A DNA stretch of 64,000 nucleotides from Syntrophales bacterium (lineage in GTDB: Bacteria > Desulfobacterota > Syntrophia > Syntrophales > JACQWR01): NCBI GenBank assembly GCA_049302035.1, contig JBAQLR010000108.1, positions 4,886 through 68,885 of the forward strand, read 5' to 3'. Made by a program: the position numbers and the translations under genes. The notes beneath the pieces are model-generated. The model was not told the origin of the DNA, made no database searches, and saw nothing but the letters and a program-made list of their open reading frames with translations. This document shows, piece by piece, positions 1-10,514 of this stretch. Within the stretch, counting starts at the first letter, position 1; each line of letters begins with the position of its first letter.

Positions 1-149
1 TCCACACGTGCACGCCTTTACTATACAGAAAACCATACCGTGGATGCAACTGTCCCCAGATTTGTTGAGATATTTTTAGATGCTTTCCACGAAGGAACTT
101 CCCGTATTCAGGCCCGCCCCACGTGATTGTTTAAAGCTTGGAGATATAA

Positions 150-1340
150 ATGCCCCGTCACCTCTTCCCCCCTCCGCATAAGGTCGTAATAGTCATCGAC
201 AACCTCGAATACGGAGGCGCCCAGCGGCAGGTCGTCGAATTGGCCAACCACATCGATCCTTCCCACTTCGACGTCCACATCTGCTCGCTTTCAGGATATG
301 TTCCCTTAGCCGAGCGATTGATCGATTGCGAGCGCCGTTTGCACGTAATCGCCAAGAAATGGAAGTACGATGTGACGGTCGTGCCGCGTTTGACAAAGCT
401 GCTGCGTCGGCTTGAGGCCGATATTGTCCACGGTTATCTGTTTGCTGCCGAAATAGCCGCTCGCCTGGCCGGCAGGCTAGCCCGCACACCGCTGGTCTTC
501 GGGTCGGAACGAAACACCGATTACTGTCTAAATTGGCGGCAGTTGACAGCCTATCGCCTGACACGGGGTTGCATGGACCTGCTTGTGTCCAACTCGAACG
601 CCGGGGCACAATTTGATTGTCGCTTGCTCGGCTACGATGCCTCGCAGTGCCGGGTATGCCATAATGGCGTGGATACGCAGAGATTCCGGCCTCATGACGA
701 GCAATCGCTGCGGCGTGAACTCGGCATCGGCGACCAAGAGTTAGTGGTGGGTATGTTTGCGAGTTTTAAAGAACAGAAAAATCACCAGCTCTTGTTCCGT
801 GCGACCCGGCGCGTGTTGCGGCGCCTGCCGCAGACCAGACTGCTGCTGGTTGGCGATGAACTGCACGGGGGCATGTACGGTTCCGATAATTACAAGCGGG
901 ATATGGACCGGCTGGTGGACGAATTGGCTATACGCGAGCGGTGCCTGTTTCTGGGCAATCGCCGCGATGTGGAGAGGCTTTATTGTGTATGCGACCTGAC
1001 AGTGCTGCCATCGCTTTTCGAAGGGACGCCGAATGTCGCTCTGGAATCTATGGCCTGCGGAGTTCCCGTCATTGCCACGCAAGTTTCGGACAATGCGTTG
1101 ATAATTCCTGATGGGCAGGTGGGGTATGTGATCCCGCAGGGGGATGAGATCGCTCTGGGCGAGAAAATTTGTGAGTTGCTGGAAGACGAAACACGGCGGC
1201 GTCAGATGGGACGGGAAGCACGCATCTGGGTGGAGACGGAATTTTCCCTGACCCGCCTGGTGGAAAAAACCGCATTGGTTTACCAGGATGCCCTCGACAA
1301 TCTGAATACCGCTGCGGGTGGTGAAAATATAAAATCATGA
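150..1340 (+). CDS. glycosyltransferase, GT4 (GT-B) family
   Basis: 396-aa ORF. The C-terminal 'LPSLFEGTPNVALESMACGVPVIAT' is a GT4-type E-x7-E region. It sits in a polysaccharide locus. Confidence 0.8.
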   Translation: MPRHLFPPPHKVVIVIDNLEYGGAQRQVVELANHIDPSHFDVHICSLSGYVPLAERLIDCERRLHVIAKKWKYDVTVVPRLTKLLRRLEADIVHGYLFAAEIAARLAGRLARTPLVFGSERNTDYCLNWRQLTAYRLTRGCMDLLVSNSNAGAQFDCRLLGYDASQCRVCHNGVDTQRFRPHDEQSLRRELGIGDQELVVGMFASFKEQKNHQLLFRATRRVLRRLPQTRLLLVGDELHGGMYGSDNYKRDMDRLVDELAIRERCLFLGNRRDVERLYCVCDLTVLPSLFEGTPNVALESMACGVPVIATQVSDNALIIPDGQVGYVIPQGDEIALGEKICELLEDETRRRQMGREARIWVETEFSLTRLVEKTALVYQDALDNLNTAAGGENIKS

Positions 1341-1343
1341 GGT

Positions 1344-2066
1344 TTGGTGTTGATGGTACTGTTGGAAAAGAAAGCTTCTTGGGGTCTGGTAAAGCATCGG
1401 TTTTGCCTGGTACCTACATGGCGTGGTTGGCTGATGCTGATTTTTATCCTGTCGGGCTTGTCAGTGGTCATAGTGCGGGAACTTCATCCTTTCTTGGCAG
1501 TGACCGAGCCTGTTACGAGCGGAATGCTTGTGGTCGAGGGCTGGGTTTCAGACGTTACGATGGGGGCAACAATCGCCGAATTTAGGAAGCATCACTATGA
1601 GAAAGTTTGTGTGACAGGTGGTCCAATCGAGCACAGCGCTTGGGTGAACTATTACAAAACTTACGCTGAGGAGGGCGCTGCCACGCTTCTCAGATTTGGG
1701 CTTAATATGAATGAGGTTCAAGCTGTACCCTCATCACGGGTCCGTACGGACCGGACGTATGCGTCGGCGGCAGCGTTTAGTAAATGGGCGAGAGGCAGTG
1801 GTATAACGTTTACGACCGTTCACCTGATCACCGAAGGTTCCCATGCCCGACGTTCACGACTGTTGTTTCAACGGGCACTCGGTGGCGGCGTGACAGTAGG
1901 GGTGACGTCTGTTCCAGGCAGCGAATACGACCCAGAGCACTGGTGGCAGTCAAGTGCGGGAGTAAGGGAGGTTCTTGGAGAAGCGATTGCGTACTCGTAT
2001 GCACGCCTTTTTTCTGGCCTGCAAAGGAATCGTGAAATATGTTTTATCTCCCGCCCCGTCCAATGA
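1344..2066 (+). CDS. DUF218 (YdcF/ElyC/SanA-like) membrane-anchored protein
   Basis: N-terminal TM helix, then 'VTGGPIE...' and 'LITEGSHARRSRLLF', which resembles the DUF218 '..Ts.yH..R' signature. Confidence 0.55.
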   Translation: MVLMVLLEKKASWGLVKHRFCLVPTWRGWLMLIFILSGLSVVIVRELHPFLAVTEPVTSGMLVVEGWVSDVTMGATIAEFRKHHYEKVCVTGGPIEHSAWVNYYKTYAEEGAATLLRFGLNMNEVQAVPSSRVRTDRTYASAAAFSKWARGSGITFTTVHLITEGSHARRSRLLFQRALGGGVTVGVTSVPGSEYDPEHWWQSSAGVREVLGEAIAYSYARLFSGLQRNREICFISRPVQ

Positions 2067-3192
2067 GGAGATGTTTAAACGTTTTCAAAGCATTCTCGAT
2101 TCTGAATTTCAGGAGAGGTTTTTGCAACCGAATCCATATCAACCGGTTATGATGGGTAGCCAGGCTCATTTTATAGCGACTGCCCCCGCCCAGAAAATCA
2201 TATGTTCTATGGCCCGTGTTTGCATTGTGCCTGATGGCTTCAACGTGAACGACTAATCCTGGTTTCAACCGTTTATCGGAATTAAAGTTAATGCCACTCT
2301 GATAGAAATACACCTTGTTCTTATAAACAAAATTGTATAGGCACCCCAGCGTATGATTCGCGCATTTTATTCGGAGTAATTGTATCTCATTATGTGCAAA
2401 TCGACTTTCGATCAGTTGCTTGTGAAACTGAAACAGGTAGTCGGAAGAAAACGCTCCTTCCCGGTTTCTTTTTCTCCAGGCGTCTTCGTGCAAGCCGACC
2501 AACTCCCGATAGGTATCCATGGCGCTCCGGGTATCATGGGCAATCTCAAGTCGCACTGGCGCAATTTTTTCGTACAGCCGATAGGATCTATTAACCTGCG
2601 ATCTGGTATTGGCCGACAAGAGCGACAGATAATCTCCCGCCTGGGCGCGCACCACAGCCAAATCAACGAAAGGCGATAAAACTATGCCGTCATCCTTGAT
2701 GATGGTCTTGAATGGAGGTATGTTATTCAGCGCCTCCGCTCCCGGCGAAGATCGTATATCGAGACCCGGTAAATACAATTCGTCCCAGGAATCAGGCAGG
2801 AGCTGCAGTATCTCAAGCAATCGCAACGGTTCATCCTTGTTATAGAGAAAACCATTGTACTCTACCTCGACACGATCGTAGGCAGGTATGCCGGTTGCGT
2901 TGAGGAACAACCCCCGGCTCTTGAATAGATGCTTTTGACCGTACAATTCAGCCTGCGGTGTTTTCCTGGCCAAAGTCGCTTTTCCGAGAAAAAATGCCAA
3001 ACGTGGGTTTTTACCTTCCATGATTAGCGCCAGTTCAGGCTTGGTGTGGTCAGGGAGGCTGTTTAACCAGTTTTCGATCCATCCCCAGGAGAGGAAGTAG
3101 GAAGCATCAGTGTTTTCCTCCAGATTTTCCCATATCTCTTTTATTCGCTTTAAGTTACCGGGTACAGGAATCAAATCCAGTCTCATGTGCAA
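2044..3192 (-). CDS. FemAB/CelD-like GNAT acyltransferase (BioF2-like acetyltransferase domain)
   Basis: 382-aa ORF with the C-terminal pattern 'YFYQSGINF...GLVVHVEAIRHNANTGHRTYDFLGG', typical of CelD/FemAB-related EPS proteins. It is a paralogue of the next gene. Confidence 0.65.
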   Translation of the reverse strand: MHMRLDLIPVPGNLKRIKEIWENLEENTDASYFLSWGWIENWLNSLPDHTKPELALIMEGKNPRLAFFLGKATLARKTPQAELYGQKHLFKSRGLFLNATGIPAYDRVEVEYNGFLYNKDEPLRLLEILQLLPDSWDELYLPGLDIRSSPGAEALNNIPPFKTIIKDDGIVLSPFVDLAVVRAQAGDYLSLLSANTRSQVNRSYRLYEKIAPVRLEIAHDTRSAMDTYRELVGLHEDAWRKRNREGAFSSDYLFQFHKQLIESRFAHNEIQLLRIKCANHTLGCLYNFVYKNKVYFYQSGINFNSDKRLKPGLVVHVEAIRHNANTGHRTYDFLGGGSRYKMSLATHHNRLIWIRLQKPLLKFRIENALKTFKHLLIGRGGR

Positions 3193-3202
3193 ACCTTCCG
3201 CC

Positions 3203-4360
3203 TTATTTCTGTATCCGCCTTGACAGATGGTGTTTAATGTGGGTCTGATAATATTCTTTGAGGGTTGGATAATATTTCATAATTATAAATCCGACGCGGC
3301 CCGCCGGCGTGGCATTAAAAACGTAAAGTTTGGATTTATTATAAGTTTTTGGTCTCCAATCCGCATGCCATTCTGCGTCCGTAATTAAGTTTATGTTCTT
3401 GATTGCGCCCTCCTCCATGCTCTGCTTGAGTAAGAGATCCACCAGAAAATTTCCAGGAGCGTAGCGTTTGTAACCCTCGTCGTAACCTATTTTCAGGACA
3501 TAAGCTGTGTCATCCAGCAGGATACAGAACTGCGCTGCGATGCACTTTCCATCGGTGGTTAGAGTATTGATGGACACCCTCCCGGAAGCAGAGAGTGTAC
3601 GGACAAGCGTGCTGTAAAAGCATCGGAGGCTTGGGTGCAATTTGATGGCGGTCCCAATTCCCAAAGCGCCTTTCCAACCAGAGGCCTCCACGTCCATAAA
3701 TGCCTCGAGCTTCTCCTCCAATTCCGGACCGTTTCGCGTGAAGGTAAACTGGATTCCGTGTAATTCGTCGAGGTATTGCTTGGCCCGTTTCAGACTTCTT
3801 CTAAAATTCTTAGAGAGACACGATAAAAAAGACTCATATGTCCCCGTGGTATCCATGGAGTCACAGCGGCCTTCATGCTTCAGCAAGAACCTGGGGGGGG
3901 GCTGGTTATTAACAATTTGAAGGGCGCATGCGCCTTCCAACAAGTGGGGAAGCTGGATCATGTCCCATAACTTCCCCTGCTTGCTGAGGTGTTGGCTGAG
4001 GATTCGAAACAAGGGCAGATCTAGCGCGTCCCTGTGACATACAAGATCACAAAGCTGCATGTGGTCGTGGGAGGGAAACGCCAAAGCCTTAAGTTTCAGG
4101 CCTCCTAAAGAAACTTTGGTAAATTGCAGCGGAAAGATGGCAACAGGAAGCGTCCCTTTCGTAAACAGGAAGAACACAAGCGACCGGGGATCGGCCTCCA
4201 GGCATTTGAGGTGACTGTAATGCCATTCCCACAAGTGGAAATAATGTCTTCTGTTCATTCCGGAAACGATTTCATTCCAGACATTTCGGAGGGATTCAAG
4301 CCCTGCCATGCCCTGAAAAAAGGTTATATTGATGTCCTCGTCCCCTGACAAATGCCGCAT
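3203..4360 (-). CDS. FemAB/CelD-like GNAT acyltransferase, second copy
   Basis: 385-aa ORF. 'AAQFCILLDDTAYVLKIGYDEGYKRYAPGNFLVDLLLK' is the same domain type as 2044-3192. Confidence 0.65.
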   Translation of the reverse strand: MRHLSGDEDINITFFQGMAGLESLRNVWNEIVSGMNRRHYFHLWEWHYSHLKCLEADPRSLVFFLFTKGTLPVAIFPLQFTKVSLGGLKLKALAFPSHDHMQLCDLVCHRDALDLPLFRILSQHLSKQGKLWDMIQLPHLLEGACALQIVNNQPPPRFLLKHEGRCDSMDTTGTYESFLSCLSKNFRRSLKRAKQYLDELHGIQFTFTRNGPELEEKLEAFMDVEASGWKGALGIGTAIKLHPSLRCFYSTLVRTLSASGRVSINTLTTDGKCIAAQFCILLDDTAYVLKIGYDEGYKRYAPGNFLVDLLLKQSMEEGAIKNINLITDAEWHADWRPKTYNKSKLYVFNATPAGRVGFIIMKYYPTLKEYYQTHIKHHLSRRIQK

Positions 4361-4402
4361 CAGGAATTCCTCCTGCTATAAGTTTGTTCGTTAAGGGCGC
4401 CT

Positions 4403-5479
4403 TCAATCAAAGACGATTTGTTTGAATCTATTCTTAATAAACCCTTTCATCGCTATCAGATATTTTACCATGTCAAAAGGAAACAACAAAGTCAGCAGGT
4501 AGAAAAAATAAGTTCTGTCTTCGGTTGGTCCATTTAGCCTCCTTATAAGGCCATATGTTTTACGAGCCTCCACCCGCATGCCGTCTTTGAGATATTTTTT
4601 GAAGAGAAGAATATTTAATAGCTTACAAGTCTTATCAATCTCTTTGTCAGATGGCCGGTGGATGCTTTTAGATGGTCGATATATTTTATTGCAAATATCA
4701 ATGTGCGTTTTGAATATTTCAATATAACCGGTTTCTGTCAAGCGTGGCCCATGATGAGCTCTGTTTTCCGCTGTAGCAATATCCATAAAAATTACATCGC
4801 ACCTCTCAGTAAGTCGGCATAAGAACCAATAATCCTCATTGAGCCTATAGTTTTCCGCAAAACGTACTTCTTTACACAGACAATCCCTGCGGACTAACAG
4901 TGTCCAATTACTGACGCAATTTGCTTTCAATTGGACAGCGAAAATGTTGCCGACATAAATGGGGAACGAACCACTTCCACCATAAATATTGTAATCCGCC
5001 GCTTCGTATCTGTAGGAATAGATTTTATCCCAAACGATCTTTTCCAATGTTGAAGGATCGCTTAGCCAGTATTGCAATCCCTTGTTCGTCAGGATTCCTG
5101 CAGCATCAAAAATTAGAAATTCCGAGTGTATGGCGCTGTAGCCGGGGAAGGCATCCATAACCTTGAATTGCAAAGTTAGTTTTTCCGGCAACCACCTGTC
5201 GTCTGAGTCCAAAAAGGCCAGCCATTCCCCCGTCGCTTCCTGGATGCCTCGATTTCTGGCCGAACCGGCGCCGCGATTATCCTGGTATATATATCGGACA
5301 CTGTTGCCGAACTTTTCGAGAACCTCTTTAGTATCGTCTGTGGACCCATCATCAACAACAATGATTTCGATTTGACAGCCCTGGATATCCTGATTCAGAA
5401 TACTGGCTATCGCCTCGCCCAGATAAGGGGCTCTGTTATAGGTGGGTACGATTACGCTAACGGTTCGCGAACACGTCAT
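4403..5479 (-). CDS. glycosyltransferase family 2
   Basis: 'VSVIVPTYNRAPYLGEAIASILNQ...IEIIVVDDGSTDDT...LDSDD' is a GT2 DxD signature. The start is placed at the internal Met (MTCSRT...) so the gene does not overlap the upstream one. Confidence 0.8.
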   Translation of the reverse strand: MTCSRTVSVIVPTYNRAPYLGEAIASILNQDIQGCQIEIIVVDDGSTDDTKEVLEKFGNSVRYIYQDNRGAGSARNRGIQEATGEWLAFLDSDDRWLPEKLTLQFKVMDAFPGYSAIHSEFLIFDAAGILTNKGLQYWLSDPSTLEKIVWDKIYSYRYEAADYNIYGGSGSFPIYVGNIFAVQLKANCVSNWTLLVRRDCLCKEVRFAENYRLNEDYWFLCRLTERCDVIFMDIATAENRAHHGPRLTETGYIEIFKTHIDICNKIYRPSKSIHRPSDKEIDKTCKLLNILLFKKYLKDGMRVEARKTYGLIRRLNGPTEDRTYFFYLLTLLFPFDMVKYLIAMKGFIKNRFKQIVFD

Positions 5480-5490
5480 GTCACACCTCG

Positions 5491-7014
5491 TCAAATCTTC
5501 AATCCATCCGCTTTTTTGCTCATCACCGTGGCACGCAACATCCGAACTAATGCTTCCCAACAGACGCTTAAATCCTTTGTCTTAAACATCCAGACAACCC
5601 CCAAATAGGTTATGCATACGAGCGTTATGGTAATCGGGAGTGATATCCATTTTGCAGTAGTCACCATCTGAAACAGTCTCAAAGACATAAATCCCATTCC
5701 CAGCATACAGGCGGCAGCGAGGATTATCCTGTAAAAGCTGGAAAATATTTCCGAGAGGTTGGATATATCCAGGCGACGTTTCAATAAATAGACAAAATAC
5801 ATTGAGATGATGAACATGGTAAAGCTGGTGGAAAGGGCAATTCCCTTAACGCCCATTAACTGCATGAAGAGGAAATTGAAAGACACATTTATAAAAATTG
5901 AGGCGATTCCCATATAAAGAAGGGCTTTGGTATTCTGCAGAGCGGCAAAAAAGCTGCCATTGATAAAAGTGTAACCATAAAAAAACAGCCCCAGGCTATA
6001 GCAGACCAGAGTTTCGGCGGTTTGTCTCGCCGCTGCCATATCGAAAGCCCCTCGTTTCAGCAACAGGATGACCATATCCTCGGAAAAGAGCACCACCAGG
6101 CAGGTGATGGGGATAGTTAAAAATCCTAAAAAAATGAGAGCGTATTTGAAAATGCCCTTGAGATTTTCCTTGTTTCCGGCTGCCGCTTCTTCACTTATAA
6201 ACGGAAAAATCGCCATGGAAACCGCTGTAATAATCACCTGGATGGGAAAGTCATTGATCCGAAAGGCATAACGCAGGGTTGAAATAGAGCCCGTCGGCAA
6301 TTGAGTGGCCATTATCTGGTCTATCATAACGTTTGAGTTGGCGATCAGTGCGTTCCCCAGCATGGGAATGGCCAACAACCATAATGCCTTCATTTTTTGA
6401 CGGTCAAACGGCAGGGGAGTGCCATATTGGAATCCTTCACGATAAAGCGCGATACCCATATAAGTGGTTTTCATCAGCGTTCCAATAAGAAACCCACACA
6501 CCAGTACGTAGATATCCAACCCCATATCAAAGAACAGCAGAAAAATAATTGTGACATTCACAAATAGGGGCGCAATATACAGATGTAAGAAAAGCTTTCT
6601 AGCGTGCAAAATTCCCCGGAAGAGAATACCCGCCCCGTCAATTATAATTAGCAGGATCAGCAGGCGCTCCATGGTAACAGCCAACTGCTGTTCCCTTGGG
6701 TGAAATCCATAACCAATCAACTGTATAATCTCTGGAGTGAAGACAAAACAAATCAGGGCCAGCACAGTAAAAAGCAGCGTGGTTGAATAGATCAACCAGG
6801 TAGCTTGAGAGTCTGCTGCCTGAGAAGAACGATAGCGCCATTCCAGATACAGGGGAACAAAGGCTGCACCCAACACACCAGAAAACAGGACAATGGTCCC
6901 TGAAAAGGAATAGGCCAGATTGAAGACATCCAGAGACGGCAAAATGCCAAAACGCTGAGCCGTCAGCATTTCCTTGCCAATGGCCAGGATTTTATCCACC
7001 ATCGACCAGATCAT
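5491..7014 (-). CDS. MurJ/MviN-like MOP-family polysaccharide or lipid flippase
   Basis: Polytopic membrane ORF of more than 500 aa with a MurJ-like N-terminus. The start is uncertain because the long ORF (to 7152) would overlap the OmpA-like gene. Confidence 0.7.
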   Translation of the reverse strand: MIWSMVDKILAIGKEMLTAQRFGILPSLDVFNLAYSFSGTIVLFSGVLGAAFVPLYLEWRYRSSQAADSQATWLIYSTTLLFTVLALICFVFTPEIIQLIGYGFHPREQQLAVTMERLLILLIIIDGAGILFRGILHARKLFLHLYIAPLFVNVTIIFLLFFDMGLDIYVLVCGFLIGTLMKTTYMGIALYREGFQYGTPLPFDRQKMKALWLLAIPMLGNALIANSNVMIDQIMATQLPTGSISTLRYAFRINDFPIQVIITAVSMAIFPFISEEAAAGNKENLKGIFKYALIFLGFLTIPITCLVVLFSEDMVILLLKRGAFDMAAARQTAETLVCYSLGLFFYGYTFINGSFFAALQNTKALLYMGIASIFINVSFNFLFMQLMGVKGIALSTSFTMFIISMYFVYLLKRRLDISNLSEIFSSFYRIILAAACMLGMGFMSLRLFQMVTTAKWISLPITITLVCITYLGVVWMFKTKDLSVCWEALVRMLRATVMSKKADGLKI

Positions 7015-7060
7015 GATCACAGCACCGGCTCTGCCAATCTGGCCAGCGAGACTTGGGGGG

Positions 7061-8086
7061 TCACTTTTCAACGGTAACTTCAAATTCTGCCCTGCGGTTG
7101 ATCGCGCGGCCCTCGTCTGTCTTGTTGTCGGCAATGGGTCTTTTTTCGCCATATCCCACCACTCTGATCCGCCCAGGAGCTATCCCCTTTTGAACCAGAT
7201 AGCGACGCACCGCATTGGCTCTTCTTTCCGACAGCTTTTGGTTATAATTATCCGAACCCTTAAAATCAGTATGACCTTCAACGGTGACTGGTGATGAGGG
7301 ATGTTCTGTCAAATAGACCACATGTTCATCAAGATCAGGAATATAAATTTTCTTGATATTGTACTTGTCAAAATCAAAATGAACTATCGGCAGACGGATT
7401 TTTTCCGGAGCAGCCTTTTCTATCGCCGGGGACGACTCTTTGGCCACAACGGATAAATTGACAACGGCATTCTTCATCCGGTCCGTGTACACAACCGTCG
7501 CATAAAGCTGCTGGTTGTGATCCAGCCAGAAGGCAATCCCCTCCTTATCGTCAACGTATTTATATTTTATGACTGCTCCGGCGTTGAAAAACATATAAAG
7601 TTTTTTCTCCCCTGGGTATTGAAGCGGAAATTCTCCCTTTTCTTTACCCGTGGGATCTGTTCTATTCTCGGTTTCAGTTGTGGCTTTGGTCTGAATGATG
7701 CCGGATGGTTGATAATTCAGCTTTTCAATGGAGGCATGAACTCCGAATTCCTTTTCGATATCTGCAAGCAAAATACCCTCAGGTTGCTGTTTATTGCCCA
7801 CATAACCCTTAAAATCTCTGGAAAGATAGATTTGTTCAACCTGATCGTTCTGATTTATGTAAAGACTTAATCCCATGGATTCGTATTGCAGGCACATTCC
7901 GTCGCTCTTGATGACGTCAGGAGTCCCCAGTGTTTCAATGACCTCTTTGCGCGGCATGTCCAAACTAATCAGGCGCAAGGTGTCCCCAAATTGAATGCTC
8001 ATGGTTGTAATACAGCTCCCCTTTATCGGAAATGCCAAAATCAGCGCCCCGCACAATAGGGCGACTATGGCTATGCGGGTTTTCAT
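7061..8086 (-). CDS. OmpA-domain protein (secreted/periplasmic)
   Basis: Signal peptide plus a C-terminal OmpA_C motif 'VEGHTDFKGSDNYNQKLSERRANAVRRYLVQKGI...GYGEKRPIADN...NRRAEFEV'. Confidence 0.75.
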   Translation of the reverse strand: MKTRIAIVALLCGALILAFPIKGSCITTMSIQFGDTLRLISLDMPRKEVIETLGTPDVIKSDGMCLQYESMGLSLYINQNDQVEQIYLSRDFKGYVGNKQQPEGILLADIEKEFGVHASIEKLNYQPSGIIQTKATTETENRTDPTGKEKGEFPLQYPGEKKLYMFFNAGAVIKYKYVDDKEGIAFWLDHNQQLYATVVYTDRMKNAVVNLSVVAKESSPAIEKAAPEKIRLPIVHFDFDKYNIKKIYIPDLDEHVVYLTEHPSSPVTVEGHTDFKGSDNYNQKLSERRANAVRRYLVQKGIAPGRIRVVGYGEKRPIADNKTDEGRAINRRAEFEVTVEK

Positions 8087-9135
8087 TGTTGTCCTCCTTT
8101 TTGTATATTAATTGCGCAACATTCAAGCAGATTGTTGAAGAGAGTCATACGGTAATCGTCAAATTTCAAAGCAGCCTGTCGGGCCTGTTGCCCCATCCGC
8201 TCGGCTGGCTCTCGGTGATTCCACAGATGTTGGATGTGTTCTGACAGTTCCTTATCGTTGCCTGCTCCAAAAAACAGGGCTGTCTGCCGATGCGTCGCGT
8301 ATTCTTTCGTGGCCATATTCTCAGTAATGATCAGTGGTCTGGCCAGGGCCATCACTTCCAGCATGCTGATCTGCCCGGCAGAAATCCGATAGTCTTTCAG
8401 GGAAAGAACCACTATCCGACTGGACGCGATCCACTGTACCATATCCTGGCTGGAAACATACTCTCTCATTATACAAACATTTTCCGGCACCGTAACCTGC
8501 GGTTTATATTTGCGAGAGAGAATATAAGTTTTAATATTCAACGCCGCCACCGAACGAATTAACGTGTCAAAGTCTCTGTCACTTTTCCCATAAGAAAAAA
8601 TATAATCCTTTATTGGGCGGCTCGGCTCCTCAAAGTTTGGCGAAGCTTCCACCAACGGTAAGAAGGCAATCCGGCTGCGGGGGATATTAAACATTTGGCT
8701 GTAAATTGCTTCTTCTTCAGTGGATGTACAGAAAAAATAATCAATCCCAGGAATTGCCAGTTTTAACAGGGCAAGATTAAACCTATAAAACCATCGCGTT
8801 TGTGCCAAATCAACATGGAAATCCTGAATGATATGAACCGGCGGCTTTTGGGAATGAGCAATTCGCTTCAGAATACCGTAGCAAACGCCCATGCGCATTT
8901 GCCAGGAGACAACAACATCATACCGTCTTTTCCTTGCAACAGCCATAAGCGGCACATAAAATTCCGATAAATAATTGGAAAAATAGGTCAAGCGGCGACT
9001 AACCGGGTGTTTGAAAGAAAGAGGCTGAAGAATGTCAACATTTTGAACCTTGAGCTTAAGCTGACGGAGAAAAGACCAATGACCTTCTTCCTTCCAATTG
9101 GCCAATATCACCAGTTTCAATCGAGAAATCGTCAC
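8083..9135 (-). CDS. glycosyltransferase (GT-B fold, GT1/GT4-like)
   Basis: 350-aa ORF with a GT-B C-terminal half ('ISMLEVMALARPLIITEN'). Its start overlaps the neighbouring gene's stop codon. Confidence 0.6.
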   Translation of the reverse strand: MTISRLKLVILANWKEEGHWSFLRQLKLKVQNVDILQPLSFKHPVSRRLTYFSNYLSEFYVPLMAVARKRRYDVVVSWQMRMGVCYGILKRIAHSQKPPVHIIQDFHVDLAQTRWFYRFNLALLKLAIPGIDYFFCTSTEEEAIYSQMFNIPRSRIAFLPLVEASPNFEEPSRPIKDYIFSYGKSDRDFDTLIRSVAALNIKTYILSRKYKPQVTVPENVCIMREYVSSQDMVQWIASSRIVVLSLKDYRISAGQISMLEVMALARPLIITENMATKEYATHRQTALFFGAGNDKELSEHIQHLWNHREPAERMGQQARQAALKFDDYRMTLFNNLLECCAINIQKGGQQ

Positions 9136-10514
9136 GTTTTTTTCCCATTGTAATTGGCAATGACGTTTTCAAAAAGGTGGATCAGGCTGTCCATTTGATC
9201 CTTGATGAGTAACGTTTTTCCGACATAGCCCTGAGCGGCGATTCCCATTTGCAGCAGTTGATCCCTGTCCGAGAGCATCTCGACCATTTTCTGCGCCAAA
9301 TCGTCGCAAGAATCCGGCTCAAACAATCGTCCGGTAACCCCTTCCTGAATCTGTTCGGGAATGCCGCCAATGCGGGATGCCAGCACCGGCGTTCCATTCA
9401 TGAAACTTTCATAGGTGCTGATCGGCGCATTATCATACCAACGGCTGGGCACCACACTGAACAGGGCCTCGGCAATCCATTGCATCAAGGTTTGTCCGGA
9501 TTGGAATCCCAGAAAATGGATGCGGTTTTGCACATGAGGCTCAATAAGCCGCTTCAGGCGCTCCTCCTCCCCGTCGTAACTCCGGCCGATGATATAAAGG
9601 TCTAGCGGCGGATTCAGCTTCTGAAAAGCGCCGATCAGGGTATCTATACCTTTTTCGTAAGATAATCTGCCAAAATAGAGAATATAGTCTTTTTTATGCC
9701 AGGCCTTATCCGGGGGTACGGTTCTTTCAATCGGATACTGCAACACATGAATACGTTCTTGGCTCCTTACCTCTCCTTCCCTCCTGCCCTCCCTTGCTCT
9801 TTCCCCCTGTCTTTTTCTTATCCCCCATCTTCTTTCAACATGATAATGCAATACCTGCAGCTTATGTTCGGAAATGCCGCCTTCGAGCAGTTTGTTTTTC
9901 ATGAACTCACAGGGCACAACAAAGGCATCCACCAGTTCATACAATCCGAGCAAGCGCTGGAGATACATGGCGGCAACCCGAACGGCGGAAGCGGCGAGAT
10001 TGTTCTTCACGCACCGATGTTGGAGCCCATGATAATACTGCCCCCGGACACAGAGCGTACAGGGCCTGCCATCCCGAAGCAATGAGTAGCTGGGGCAAAG
10101 CAGATTGTAGTCGCCGATCTGCATTACCACGGGGATATGATGGTGTTTCAAGGTGTGGATAATGCTTGGCGACATGTAGTTATAGATATTGAGGATATAG
10201 GCAATGTCCGTTCCAGGAAACGCTTTCAACAGCCGGCTCAATTTTATTCTGGCTTCAAAAGAGTAGGTGCTTCTGTCCAGAAATCGCAGGATATTGACAG
10301 GGGAAAACCGGATATTTGCCCAAAGCGCCTGTTCAGGTTCCCCGGGAGGCGCCAGAAAATAATCCTGGTATGGAGAAGGCCATGTCCCGGCATAACGGAC
10401 GCTGAAAGGGATAGCCGTATGCCCCCTTGACGAGAGGTAATTCATAACATCATAGAGATATTTCTCCACACCGCCGTTTAAAAAAAAATACTTATTACAG
10501 AAGACAATCTGCAT
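9132..10514 (-). CDS. glycosyltransferase GT4 with a charged low-complexity insert
   Basis: 'FGRLSYEKGIDTLI...VPSRWYDNAPISTYESFMNGTPVLASRIGGIPE' is a GT4 signature. There is an Arg/Glu-rich insert, 'RKRQGERAREGRREGEVRSQ'. Confidence 0.75.
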   Translation of the reverse strand: MQIVFCNKYFFLNGGVEKYLYDVMNYLSSRGHTAIPFSVRYAGTWPSPYQDYFLAPPGEPEQALWANIRFSPVNILRFLDRSTYSFEARIKLSRLLKAFPGTDIAYILNIYNYMSPSIIHTLKHHHIPVVMQIGDYNLLCPSYSLLRDGRPCTLCVRGQYYHGLQHRCVKNNLAASAVRVAAMYLQRLLGLYELVDAFVVPCEFMKNKLLEGGISEHKLQVLHYHVERRWGIRKRQGERAREGRREGEVRSQERIHVLQYPIERTVPPDKAWHKKDYILYFGRLSYEKGIDTLIGAFQKLNPPLDLYIIGRSYDGEEERLKRLIEPHVQNRIHFLGFQSGQTLMQWIAEALFSVVPSRWYDNAPISTYESFMNGTPVLASRIGGIPEQIQEGVTGRLFEPDSCDDLAQKMVEMLSDRDQLLQMGIAAQGYVGKTLLIKDQMDSLIHLFENVIANYNGKKT